Below are positions 1 to 11,769 of a stretch of 64,000 bases of DNA, piece by piece (position 1 is the first letter of the stretch; each line of letters starts with the position of its first letter). This DNA is from Eledone cirrhosa. Lineage: Eukaryota. The DNA is taken from assembly GCA_964016885.1 (NCBI GenBank), contig OZ024741.1, positions 205,096,001-205,160,000 on the forward strand, in the 5' to 3' direction. The notes beneath the pieces are model-generated. The model searched no databases. It was not told the DNA's origin and saw only the letters and a program-made list of their open reading frames with translations. The translations under genes were made by a program, and so were the position numbers.

Positions 1-1490
1 AAACTCCATTCCTATCCTGACTTTACTGACAGCACTTCTGTACAAAGTTTGCACTGTCCTCACAAGCCATTCCTCAACACCTAGTTTCCTTAGGGCCCAC
101 CAGATGACAGATCGGGGTACCCTATTAAAGGCCTTCTCTAGGTCAAGAAAGGCTAAGTATAGTGGCTTATTCTTCTCTAAGAACCTCTCTTGTAATTGTC
201 TCACCAAGAAGAGGGCAACTGTTGTACTTTTCCCAGGCACAAAACCAAACTGCATCTCATCTAGTTTGACCCTTTCTCTGATTAGTTGTGCTAATATCCT
301 TTCTGCCCCTTTCATAACCTGATCCATCAGTTTTATACTGCTATAATTGCTTCTCTCCAGAGCATCCCCTTTACCTTTGTAGCAATTTATGAGAATACTG
401 CTGCACCAGTCTTTGGGTATGACACCATCATATATAGCCTGATTGATGATGCGTGCAACCAGTTTAGTGTCTACGTCCCCTGATGCCTTCAGCATCTATC
501 TCCGACGGTCCAGCAGCTTTACCATTTTTCATTTCCTTAATCGCCTCTTGGACCCTATATTCGTCAATCTCAATAGCTGGTCCCTCTGTTGGATCTACTG
601 AGGGTAATTTCTCTCTCTCCCATTCGTTCTCCACATTCATCAGTCTCTCATAATGACATTTCCAGGCCTCCTTTTTCTGGTCATTCTTGACACTAAGTAT
701 AGCGGCATCATTCCAGACACATTTATCTCCAACAACATCCTGATTTACATTGACACACTGCCTTGCAATGTGGAACACCGCACGCCTCTGATCTTCCCAT
801 CGCAGAACATTGGCAAACCTCCTACTCTCAGCCTCCCTGCATGCTAAGTACACCTGACGTCTAGCTTCTCTCTTAGCGGCTGTATATCCTTCTCTACTCC
901 CACCCTTTTTCCAAGCCTTCCATGCTAGTCTTTTGTCTCTAATAGCCTTATCTACTGTGCTGTTCCACCACCAGGTCACTCTCTGTCTGGTTGGAGCTCT
1001 GCTCCAGCCACAAGTTTCATAAGTAGCCTGCAGTAAGTTGTCACGTAAGAAATTCCAGTTATTATCTATGTCATACATCTCTAAATCGTCTTCTTTTTCG
1101 TCATACACATCTTGAAGGGCTTTCCTAAATTTGTATTTTAGTGAAAGGTCTTTTAGCTTCCAGACCTTTCTTCTCCACACCTTCCTGTATGTCTCATTCC
1201 ATCTCTTGCTTACTGAGATATTACTAACGACTAACCTATGCTGTGGGGTACATTCTTCCCCAGGGTATATGCCTTGGTATTTGACACCATCTGCCTGTCC
1301 CGCTGCCTAACTAGTAAGAAGTCAATCTGGCTTATGTGCTCGCCAGATTTGTAGGTTATTAGGTGGTTGGCAGGTTTCTGGAAGTTAGTGTTGCAAATAG
1401 TCAGTGTACTTGCATCACAAAATTCAAGAAGTCTCACTCCTTTTTCTGATCATTCGTGACACTAAGTACACCGGCATCATTCCGGACACA
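1..1490 (-). mobile_element. RTE-type LINE fragment (endonuclease C-term to RT), 5'-truncated, runs off the window
   Basis: Minus-strand ORFs (LEFCDAS..NTNFQK, TWWWNS, NGKAAGPSEI). Nearly identical by eye to the reverse complement of the copy at ~16820-18630. Confidence 0.93.
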
Positions 1491-1596
1491 AAGCTAATTA
1501 TAAATTTGTTAACTAATTATAAATTACTTGTGTTACTGACCTATCAAGATGTAAATATATTTGCCATAGTGACTATATATGAAGTGTGGTCCTTAA

Positions 1597-1829
1597 CCCT
1601 TTAAACTGGCCATATCCGACCAGAATTCTCTCACCTCTTTCTGTTCAAACTGGCTGCTCATACCTACACTAAGGTATTGTTCTCCAAATAAACAATATCA
1701 AAATCTCATAGATTTGATATTCATCATCATCGTTTAATGTCCATTTTCCACACTAGCATGGGTCTGTGAGATAAAGCCTTTACTGTGAAAATATAATAGT
1801 ATATATAAAGTAATGTAAATGCTAAAGGG
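1597..1829. mobile_element. piggyBac-like MITE
   Basis: TTAA|CCCTTTA...TAAAGGG|TTAA termini; homologous to the copies at 3985-4159 and 49046-49251. Confidence 0.75.
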
Positions 1830-1993
1830 TTAAATGTCGAAGTTGACATCTTAATAACTTTGATGAAGTATTAATTACTATAAAAATATAGTCAGAAGAT
1901 TTATAGTTTTGTTAAAAAGCATTTAAAGATTTCCATTAAAAAATAATGGTTTTAACATAAATACTATATTATTTTATCAATTCTTTTCAACAG

Positions 1994-2077
1994 ATTGTGA
2001 ATTTATTACATGATGTCCAGGCAGGCAAGACAATCCCTGTTATTGAGGAATCTAACTCGGGCTGCACAATTCTATAA
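1994..2077 (+). CDS. MIEN1: Terminal coding exon of a MIEN1/Rdx12 (SelW-like Rdx family) protein with a CaaX box
   Basis: Acceptor ttcttttcaacag precedes IVNLLHDVQAGKTIPVIEESNSGCTIL-TAA. This aligns without gaps to the recalled human MIEN1 C-terminus [27 protein letters not shown]. Upstream exons lie outside the window. Confidence 0.62.
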   Translation: MVNLLHDVQAGKTIPVIEESNSGCTIL

Positions 2078-3194
2078 AACTAATAATGTGTCTCCAAGAA
2101 ATTGCTGCAATTATGTTACACCTTAGAATGTTTTTTTCTTTTTCTTTTAATATGTATTAAAGGCCTTGACAATCATATTTCTTTTTCAAATCCTCATGGC
2201 ACAAATACACAGAGGATGGACTAGGATTATATTACATCATAAAACCTGTTTTGTGAACCTATCTATCCAGTATGTGTTGCTATTCTTACATATTATACTC
2301 TTAGTGTTTCCACAATCAACAGAGTTCATTTGAATGAGTAAACCTTGTGTTTAGAGGGTAGCTACAAATACTGGCTGGTGCTGTGCATTCTGTTATGATG
2401 GTATTGATGCATTTGTGTTGGGCAAAAGATGATTATTAATTCCATGTGATTGTAAGTATGTCCGTAGGAGTATCTTTGCAAATAGATACTATTTGGATCT
2501 TGAAAACTTCCATTCACTATCTTTATTTTGCTCAACATAAAAATACCACTTCACCGATTGTGTGGCCTAATTACAGTCTGCCTTCATGATGAGGTGCAAA
2601 CTGACTTTACACACGTGGGTTACATCCTCTCTCTATACTTTTTCTTCATCTCTTATTTTCTTTTTTCTCCCTGTTCATACTTACCATAATCCAATCTTTA
2701 TTTCTCATTCTCTGTTCTCCAGCTATCTCTCTTGTAAGTTGTACTCTTCATAATTTTTGGCAGGGTTTTTCTAGCTGATGCCCTTCCTATCACAGCATGG
2801 ATTGGGTGCATTTTATCATACTATCAGCACTTAGCCATATTTTTATGAAGTATTCTATTTCCGTAGACAAATAAACAAATAGTTAATAGTCAAGGCCAAA
2901 TTCTAAATTATTCAATGTTTTTTCCCTTTGAAAATTCTGTGTATAACAATCATTATCCTAAAAATACTCTTTTGTTTAACATCTTTCATTTGGTTTTCTT
3001 ACTGGTTATTTTTAACTATGAAAACACTGGTCTAAACCTATATTGACCAGAGTTGGATAAATTCCGAGGGATAACCAGTGAAAAACTCAACTGAAAATTA
3101 ATTGTATGGAGATTAAATTAAAAAATAACTATATTGTGTCTGAGTCTTGATTTTCTTTACTTTTAACTTCCACTTCTCTCCCCCCCGCCGCCGT

Positions 3195-3600
3195 TGTTTA
3201 ACGTCCATCTTCCACGCTAGCATGGATTAGATAGTTTTGTTCCATTTGATGCGGGGAACGGTTGGAGACCATGTCTCGCTCGCATGGAAGTGTCTCTGGC
3301 AGGTTTTTTTTTTTACAGCTGGATGCCCTTCCTAACACCAAGCACATTTACAGTCTGGACTGGGAGCCATTTCACCGGGTCTCCTACACGGCCACCTTAT
3401 AGTGTGGACTGTTGTGTCATCGACACAGTGGACGGAGAGGGGGGTGTGTGGCGGTGGGGCGTACATTGAGTTAAGAGGTGCCTACTGACTGTAGGTTTGT
3501 ATGCAATGGTAGTCGGGTCTTTTGTACAACTGCATGGCACCAAAGGTCTCAATCCAGTGTCATTATCTTGGAGAGGTGTAGGTGGGCAAGGTCAGTGTCT
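3195..3600 (-). mobile_element. RTE 3'-end fragment with the pseudoknot-like module
   Basis: Reverse complement of the CCATGCTAGCGTGGAAGATGGACGTTAAAC tail and of GTTAGGAAGGGCATCCAGCTGT. Confidence 0.75.
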
Positions 3601-3984
3601 TAAAATATTCATGCCTTTGTTACTTCCACACATTGATGTTCATATTTGTGTTCATGTTTTTCCATTACTGATGCAACAATCAAATGCATTTGGCACATTC
3701 TGTAGAGTATGGGAATGTATGTAAGCAGGATGCAGATCCCAGTCCATCTGAGATGTTAGTGGCTCCGATATGTGATGATCTGTTAAACCCTTCTAGCAGA
3801 GAAAACAGCTGTGAACTAATGATAATTGTGTTTCAGATTCATTATTTTACCTATGGCTTTTCATATAACTATCTGCTCATCCATTTTACTGTGAACCGAC
3901 CAAATGCTAAGATTCACACAAATTTAGGTGACACTAGACTACCCATGACCCATTGGGTCACGTTCACTTCAAAATAATTTTTAA

Positions 3985-4159
3985 CCCTTTAGCATTCACA
4001 TTTTCATGGTAAAGGCTTTACCTCACATAATATCGAATCTATGAGATTTTGAAAGTATTTATTTTGAGAACTAAACCATAACATCAGTTTGAGCGACCAG
4101 TTACAGCCAGTTTCAGCAGAAAGAGGTAGAGAATTCTGGCTGGTTTGAACATTAAAGGA
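3985..4159. mobile_element. piggyBac-like MITE (degenerate)
   Basis: TTAA-CCCTTTAGCATT start and TAAAGGA-TTAA end; internal similarity to 49046-49251. Confidence 0.65.
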
Positions 4160-5130
4160 TTAAATAAAATATACAGACATGTATATAATGTGAAATGAAA
4201 TGTGTGTATATATATAAATGTGTGTGTCTATATAATAATAATAATAATAATAATAATGAAATATTGTGTACAGTGCACTACAACTCATCAAAAAGTGTAT
4301 GTATAGTACATAGGGTAATGTACAAACGTCAGGAAAATGAACAGTGCATGAGTCATAATAGACACGTGTGCATGTGTATGGAAGGGGTACATCATATGTA
4401 CATGTGGGTGTCTGATCTCTATACACTCGTCACACACATATATATACAACAGCACCACCAGCTCTCTCTTCCATTCCCCTCCTTTCTATGTCTCTATTTC
4501 AATCTACTGTCTCACCTTGTTTTATTCCATTTGTATTTGCATTTCAGGGTCAACATCCTTTCAAAGTATTTTCCCATTATGCATCCTTTTGGCTGTATTA
4601 CATTACAGGCAAGCAAGCAATCACAAAGTTTTAGTAGTATATAGATGATCAATGTAAATATTCGCAATGAATGCACAATTACCCTTTCTTCAGTCTCATT
4701 TCCTCAATAAAGCCCTTTTATAACATAAATATTAAAATGTGTTCTGCACTGTATTTTGTAATTTATGTTGAAAGTATTAACTTATAACATCTTGTAATAA
4801 TTTAGCAGAAAATATCTAAAAATGTGTTTGTTGAGAAAATTTGCAGTAAATTTAATTTTTAATGACATAGTATGGTGCTGTTTTGTACTTTTCAAGAATG
4901 TCTTGTTAATGCACTTTCATACAGTGTTTTGTAATTCATATTAATAGAAATATACTCTATCTGTACTGAATCCAAAATTAATGCTCTAAATTTGAAGTTA
5001 TATGGTCACATAAATGATGAAGAAATATCTTTTCTGTTATCTTAACTATAATAAAGGAATGGTCTGTGGGATTGCGTCCAGAATATATTTTTTTACCCCA
5101 TTTGTAAAATAAGTTGGATTACTTTGAATA

Positions 5131-5303
5131 AATAATTGTTTCTACTTTTGGCACAAGGCCAGCAATTACCCAGTGTATTACTGGTACTTTATTTTATCGA
5201 CCCCATAAGGATGAAAGGCAAAGTTAACCTCGACGGGATTTGAACTCAGAATGGCAAGGGCCGTAACTCTGCGTCAAAGCATGGCGTCCGACCCTCTACC
5301 AAT
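5131..5303 (-). mobile_element. tRNA-derived SINE with a Nin/Deu-like domain
   Basis: Minus strand reads GAGTTCAAATCCC (B box) then TTTGCCTTTCATCCTTATGGGGTCGATAAAATAAAAGTACCAG. Confidence 0.8.
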
Positions 5304-6146
5304 ATGAATGAATATTACATAATTTATGTGCTAAATTTTGTGGCTGTTGATTAAATATATTTTATAGCTTATTTAAACATCTTTAAAATTATCAAATGTC
5401 AACACTTTCGGTTAGCGGCCGTTATATTATAACACTTATAATTGCATATATTTCCGTCCCTAATTTTCTCCTTATGCAGTTTATATATAACGTCGTCTTT
5501 TTTTTTAATATATCGTGGATTACTGATTACAGGAGACAGTGTAACATAAGCTTTGTTCAATTTCTGTGTATATTGTCAATTACGATTTTATTTGATGTAT
5601 CATATTTACATGCATATATATTTGTGTATAATATCAATATACACACTACACATGCTAGCAGAAAACCACCTGTAGGGTGGTTTTTCTGCTAGTTGTTATA
5701 ATTGTTCATGTCTGTTGTAGTTCATTTCTGTGATGTTTTTGTTGTTGCTTAAGATGGGAAAGTGTGCTTGTATCAATAATAAAGGTAATATAAACCAGAA
5801 AAAGAACATGGTTGCTCGACCTGCATGAAATAGCAGCCAAATATCTCTGAATTCACATCCTACCACCTTAAAAGAAAAAGTAAAGAGGCACATTGTATAA
5901 TAGTCCTATATACCTCTAAAGAGATGAGATGGTCATTGCAAGAATGCTTTGATCATTGGTTTGCTCAATCGAGTTTGATCCAAGGTTAAATAAATAACAT
6001 AAGCAGAAAATATGTATAAGAATTCTTTATCTTAGATTCTCATATCGAATAGATGTGATGAAAAATAATAAAAATATTTGCATGATGAATAAGATATCCC
6101 ACCCCCTAAATGATGTTATTTCTGTACAATCAGAGATGAATAAGTT

Positions 6147-6324
6147 TTAGTCCCAGAACTTGATGATGCCATCCCAGCCAGCTGTTGCTACTTTGGACGT
6201 CTCATGGGGGTGCCATAAAGTAGCTACACAGACATCATCATGGGCCTTAAACTGGCAGTAAAGTTTTGTGGTTTTCCAATCCCATATGTAAAGTTTGCCA
6301 TCAGCATCTCCACATATGATGTAA
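6147..6324 (-). CDS. CDC40: CDC40/PRP17 last coding exon (WD40)
   Basis: cag acceptor; (S)YIICGDADGKLYIWDWKTTKLYCQFKAHDDVCVATLWHPHETSKVATAGWDGIIKFWD-TAA matches the CDC40 C-terminus. Confidence 0.97.
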
Positions 6325-6424
6325 CTGAGGAAAAAAAGAAAAAAGAATTTAATCAAACCATTAAATAATATAAATATATAGTATAATTTTGGAGTGTGTG
6401 TGTATATATAAATAAATATATTTA

Positions 6425-7430
6425 CGTAACTAAGTTCAGAGAGCTTATACCACTATTAGCCGCTAGAGGGTTCTCCCTAAAAATGAAAGGCAGGTTATAC
6501 GATGCCTGCATACGAACAGCAATGCTGCATGGCAGTGAGACCTGGGCATTGTGTGCAGAGGATATACGCAGACTAGAGAGGAACGAAGCTTGCATGCTCC
6601 GCTGGATGTGCAATAGTAATATACGTGAACGGCAAAGCATAAACGAACTAAGGAAAAAATTAGAAATAAGAGGGATCAGATGTTGTTTACTCGAGAGAAG
6701 GCTACGTTGGTACGGTCACGTGATGCGCATGAAAGACGACAGCTGTATAACAAAGTGCAGGGCAATAAAGATAGACGGTAGCCACGGAGTAGGCAGACCC
6801 AGAAAAACCTGGGACGACATGATAAATTCCGACCTCACACGCTTACACCTCTCCAAGACAATGTCACTGGACCGAGACCTTTGGCGGTACTCAGTAATAG
6901 AGAAGACCCGCCTTACCTAAATACAAAGTAAAAACCTACTACAGTCAGTAGGCATCTCTATCAAAACACACCCCCGTCCCACCACCTCCATCCCATCCAC
7001 ACCGCCCCTTTCAATGTAAAGTTATGTTGGTCCCACAACATCCAGGCCGAAACAAATGAGATCGTGTAGGTGTCACGACAAAAAAACACACAGTCCACGC
7101 TGTAAATGTGGCCGTGTAGGCAACATGGTAAAAACCTCCCAGCCCCACACTGTAAATGTGGTTGGTGTTAGGAAGGGCATCCAGCTGTAGAAAACCCGCC
7201 AGACAGTCCACGCTGTAATGTGGCCGTGTAGGCAACATGGTAAAAACCTCCCAGCCCCACACTGTAAATGTGGTTGGTGTTAGGAAGGGCATCCAGCTGT
7301 AGAAAACCCGCCAGACAGTCCTATGCGAGCAAGACAACCACTCTTGCCTCAAGTGGGAAAACCCCCGTCCAAACCCATGCAAGCGTGGAACACGGACGCT
7401 AAACCCGATGATGATGATGATGATGATGAT
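6425..7430 (+). mobile_element. 5'-truncated RTE-type LINE (RT C-term, 3' UTR with repeated module, (GAT)n tail)
   Basis: ORF KGRLYDACIRTAMLHGSETW..RLRWYGHVMRM..GRPRKTW; near-identical copy at 58531-59334. Confidence 0.92.
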
Positions 7431-7511
7431 ACACATACATATACTTATATATACGTATATATACATATACTTATATATACATATATATATATACATACAT
7501 ATATATACATA

Positions 7512-7549
<38 letters not shown>

Positions 7550-7570
7550 CATTCATATATATACATACAT

Positions 7571-7633
<63 letters not shown>

Positions 7634-7635
7634 AA
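7431..7635. repeat. (TA)n/(TACA)n microsatellite
   Basis: Seen directly. Similar tracts occur at ~10453-10530, 20287-20330, 45113-45305, 53537-53585 and 60583-60635. Confidence 0.95.
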
Positions 7636-7639
7636 TAAT

Positions 7640-10125
7640 ATGTAAATAGAGTGAATGACAGAATAATTAAATTAAGACGAGTTCTAAATAGAACTACTGT
7701 GACAATAATATCCGCTTATGCACCCCAATCTGGTCTACCTGACGTTATAAAGGACAGGTTCTATGAGATGCTAATGCACACTACCTCCCAAATAACCGAC
7801 AGCAACTACTTAATTATTGCTGGTGATCTAAACGGTCACGTTGGACAACATAGTGATGGCTATGATGGAATCCATGGAGGTTATGGGGTCGGAAATAGAA
7901 ATGAGGAGGGCTTCAGAATCCTGGAATTCTGTGATGCAAATAGTCTAACTATCTGTAACACAAACTTCAAAAAACGTGAAAACCACTTGATCGCCTATAG
8001 ATCAGGGGAACACGCCAGCCAGATAGATTATATCCTTACTAGAAGATGAGAAAAAGTGTCTGTTGTAAACACTAAATCCCTCCTCTGTGAAGAATGCACC
8101 TCCCAACATAGTCTAGTAGTTAGTGACCTCATAGTCAGGAATAAACGTACTCGACAACGGAGGAGGCCTACCTTGAGGAGAAGAATATGGAAGTTGAAGG
8201 ACCCCATAGCCAGTGACAAATTTAAAAGCTTATTACTTGATGCCTTTGACAATAAGGAAGAGCAATTAGAGACGTGCGATATAGAGGAACAGTGGCAATT
8301 CTTGAAAGTGAACCTGCTGAAAGCAACGGTTGAAATCTGTGGCTGGAGCAGGCCTATTGGCAGGAGGAGAGTAACTTGGTGGTGGAACAGTAAGGTGGAA
8401 GAGACAATCAAGGCCAAAAAGCAGGGCAGGATGGGGGAAGTAGAGAGCACTATCAAGTGGCCAGGAGAGTAGCTAGGAGACAACTGTACCTTGCAAAAAG
8501 GGAAGCAGAGGATAGAAAGTTCAAGCATGTTCTACAACGTGAGGACCAAAAACGTGAGGTGTTCAGGATTGCTAGACAATGTGTCAAGGAAAACCGTGAT
8601 ATTGTCGGGGAGAAGTGTGTCCGTAATGATAACGGTGTACTTGCCCTCACTGATACTGATAAGAAGATAGCCTGGAAGTGTCACTACAAGAGACTATTAA
8701 ACGAGGAGAATAAATGGGAAAAAGATAGTCTGCCCCAAATCGATCAAATAGAAGGACCAGCGGTGCAAGTTAAAGGTAGTATAATAAGTAAGGCAATCAA
8801 AGAAATGAAGAGAGGCAAGGCAGCTGGGCCTTCGGAGATAGTTGCTGAGATGTTGAAGGCATCTTGTATGGTGGGACACACTATGGTCACACATATAGTT
8901 AACCAAGTAATACAGAATGGGGTCATACCGAAAGACTGGCGTAGCAGCATCATCATTAACTACTACAAGGGTAAAGGGGATGCTCTAGATGGGGAAACTA
9001 TAGAGGCATTAAGTTAGTTGACCAGGTCATGAAGGTCACAGAAAGAATTATAGCACAACTAATCAGAGAGCGAATTGATCTAGATGAAATGTAGTTTGGG
9101 TTTGTGTCAGGTAAAAGTACCACAGACGCTCTTTTCCTTGTACGACAACTACAAGAGAAGTACCTAGTTAAAAGTAAACCCCTCTACTTAGCTTTTGTAG
9201 ACATGGAGAAAGCCTTTGACAGAGTCCCCCGCTCCATTATCTGGTGGGCTCTTAGAAAACTAGGTGTAGATGAATGGCTTGTGAGAGCTATACAAGCTAT
9301 GTATAATGAAACAGTCAGTAAGGTTAACAATGAATATTGTGAAGAATTTAGTGTAAAAGTTGGCGTTCATCAAGGCTCTGTCCTTAGCCCCTCCTATTTA
9401 TTATTGCCCTTCAGGCTATAACAGAGAAGTTCAAGACCGGCTGCCCATGGGAACTCATATACGCAGATGATCTAACGCTCATAGCTGAATCAATGGCTTA
9501 ACTAGAGAAGAAATTCCAAACATGGAAGCATGGCCTAGAATCAAAAGGCCTTAAAGTTAACTTGTCTAAGACTAAAGTTCTAGTTTGTAGAAAGGAAAAC
9601 AGGGCACAGGTGCCCTCAGGGAAATGGCCATGCTCAGGGTGTAGGAAAGGAGTAGGTAGAAATTCCATTTTATGTCCCAAATGCAAATATGGGTACATAA
9701 AAGATGTAGTGGGATCACAGGTAAACTATCTAAGAAGGTAGACTTTATATGTGGCCGATGCTCAGGTGCAATAAGTAGCAAGTGCCCACAGTGTACTAGC
9801 TCCTTCTATTGCCCAGATGGTTCTATAGAAATAGACACTTTCCGTTACCTGGGTGACGAAATCAGCAGTGGTGGAGGGTGTTCTGAAAGTACAGTAGCCA
9901 GAGTCAGAACGGGATGGAAAAAGTTGGCCACAAAAGGTTTCTCTCTAAAAATGAAAGGCAGGCTGTATGATGCCTGTATACGAACAGCAATGCTACATGG
10001 CAGTGAGACATGGGTATTACGTGCAGAGGACCTGCGCAGACTGGAAAGGAACGAAGCATGCATGCTCCTTTGGATGTGTAATAGTAATATACATGAACGG
10101 CAAAGCATAAATGAACTGAGTGAGA
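7640..10125 (+). mobile_element. RTE-type LINE, truncated at both ends, with stops and frameshifts
   Basis: APE motifs (SAYAPQ, GDLNGHVG, SQIDYIL), RT motifs (KAFDRVP, GVHQGSVLSP, YADDL), PHD-like insert and FRYLG. Confidence 0.93.
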
Positions 10126-10452
10126 AATGTTATCCGCCCACAACAAAAATCTCACTCACATCTCATAACAACAATACGGCACAATTATTTCACCTCAATT
10201 GGCCCTGCTCTCTTTAACATTACACCAAAACACATTGAAACAGAAACAGACCCCATCAAGTTCAAGAAGTCTTTGGACAAATTCCTTCAAGAAATCCTGG
10301 ATAAACCTCCTACACCCGGATATGGCCCTGTAAAGAATAACTCTTTACTTGAGTGGGCCATGGTGCCCAAATCCTTATTTGAAAGACTTCGCCAGGTGGT
10401 GCTATTAAGTTAGACATGGCCTGGGCCAATACTGGCCGAAACCTATCAAAGT
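10126..10452 (+). mobile_element. 3' end of a different LINE (CR1/L2-group-like)
   Basis: NYFTSIGPALFNITPKHI..FKKSLDKFLQEILDKPPTPGY resembles CR1/L2-group ORF2 C-termini; it abuts the RTE copy. Confidence 0.65.
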
Positions 10453-11360
10453 TATATATATATATATACACACACACATATGTATATATACATATATATA
10501 TGCATACATATACATATATATATATATACATGATGGCTGCCTCCTCGTTATCGAGTATGGCCATTGCACGATATACCATTATTAATAATAATTAATTAAT
10601 TCTATCGTGCAATGCTTGTGCGTGAGGATATTTTTTAAAGTGACGAAAGACTGTGCACTGAGCCAATCCCACTCTCTGAGCGACAGTAGCTATAACCCAA
10701 AAAGAAGAAAAGATCAACATCATCGGTAACTACTGTGTATGTATATGTGTATATGCATGGGTGCATGTGTATGTATATGCGCGGACACATAGAAATAGTC
10801 GGGCTGGACACCCGATCGCGCGGTTAAACCACTGGGAGTGAAGGACCCCTAGCCTTTCTCAGGGCATTCTTCTAGGAGAAGGCAACTCAGGAAACTGGGA
10901 AAACTCTGATATATATATACATACATACATACATATATAAGGGAGCTCATAAATAGGACAACACACTGTTTTTCGTGGGGGTCAGTTTTTATTAACTTTT
11001 GTATTCTGAAAGATCAAAATACAACAAAATATTTGCTCATTGGACTCCGGGGAAATGTTCTGACAAAAGCTGTGGAAGCTACAGAAATATTCCATATATT
11101 TTTCCAGAGCAATCTCTATTTAAATTTTACATTTTATGCTTACTTGTCCCCCATTGCAAAATGGTCAGAAATTCAAATTTTGAAAAGAGAGGAAAAAGGA
11201 CAAGTGAACTATGAACTTGATACATCTCACTGCCCCCCGCCACCACAATAACGTCTACACTCACTCACCACCACATAAGTCATTACCCTATCTACACTAA
11301 GATGTCTGACTTGTTGACAAACTCCTAACTCCTTTGTTGAATGTGTGTATATATATATAT

Positions 11361-11401
11361 CTCAGTCGATGCGACCAGATTTCAACACAGCAACAACAAC
11401 T

Positions 11402-11435
<34 letters not shown>

Positions 11436-11580
11436 CTCAGTCGATACAACCAGATTTCAACACAGCAACAACAACTACAACAACATATATATATATATAT
11501 CTGTCGATGCGACCAGATTTCAACACAGCAACAACAACAGCAATTACAAGAACAGCGACAGCAACAACACTATTGTCTGT
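11361..11580 (+). repeat. Composite minisatellite, 3 units of GTCGATGCGACCAGATTTCAACACAGCAACAACAAC separated by (TA)n
   Basis: Three copies seen; related sequence resumes at ~15650-15700 after the LINE. Confidence 0.85.
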
Positions 11581-11769
11581 GTTGAATGTGTGTGTATGTA
11601 TATATATATATATATGTGTATGTATATATATATGTTCCCCTTTCGCCCATTGTATGTATATATATATGTTCCCCTTTCGCCCATTGTATGCGCCCATTCC
11701 ACCTCACTCATCTTGAAGCTATTGAAGAGATAAGACACTCTATTCTATCGGCTAAAATGAATCACTAGA

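Noticed and set aside
3765-3820. Possible SECIS (GTGA..AAA..TGA) downstream of the MIEN1-like exon
   Set aside because: Helix II is too short and poorly paired.
7011-7638. Long YI/IY-rich ORFs (also ~11340, 20640, 45070)
   Set aside because: These are translations of (TA)n/(TACA)n microsatellites.
10530-10570. GCCTCCTCG similar to the HDV L3 loop
   Set aside because: No P1/P2/P3 pairings can be built; it is more likely the 3' end of an RTE-related element on the minus strand.
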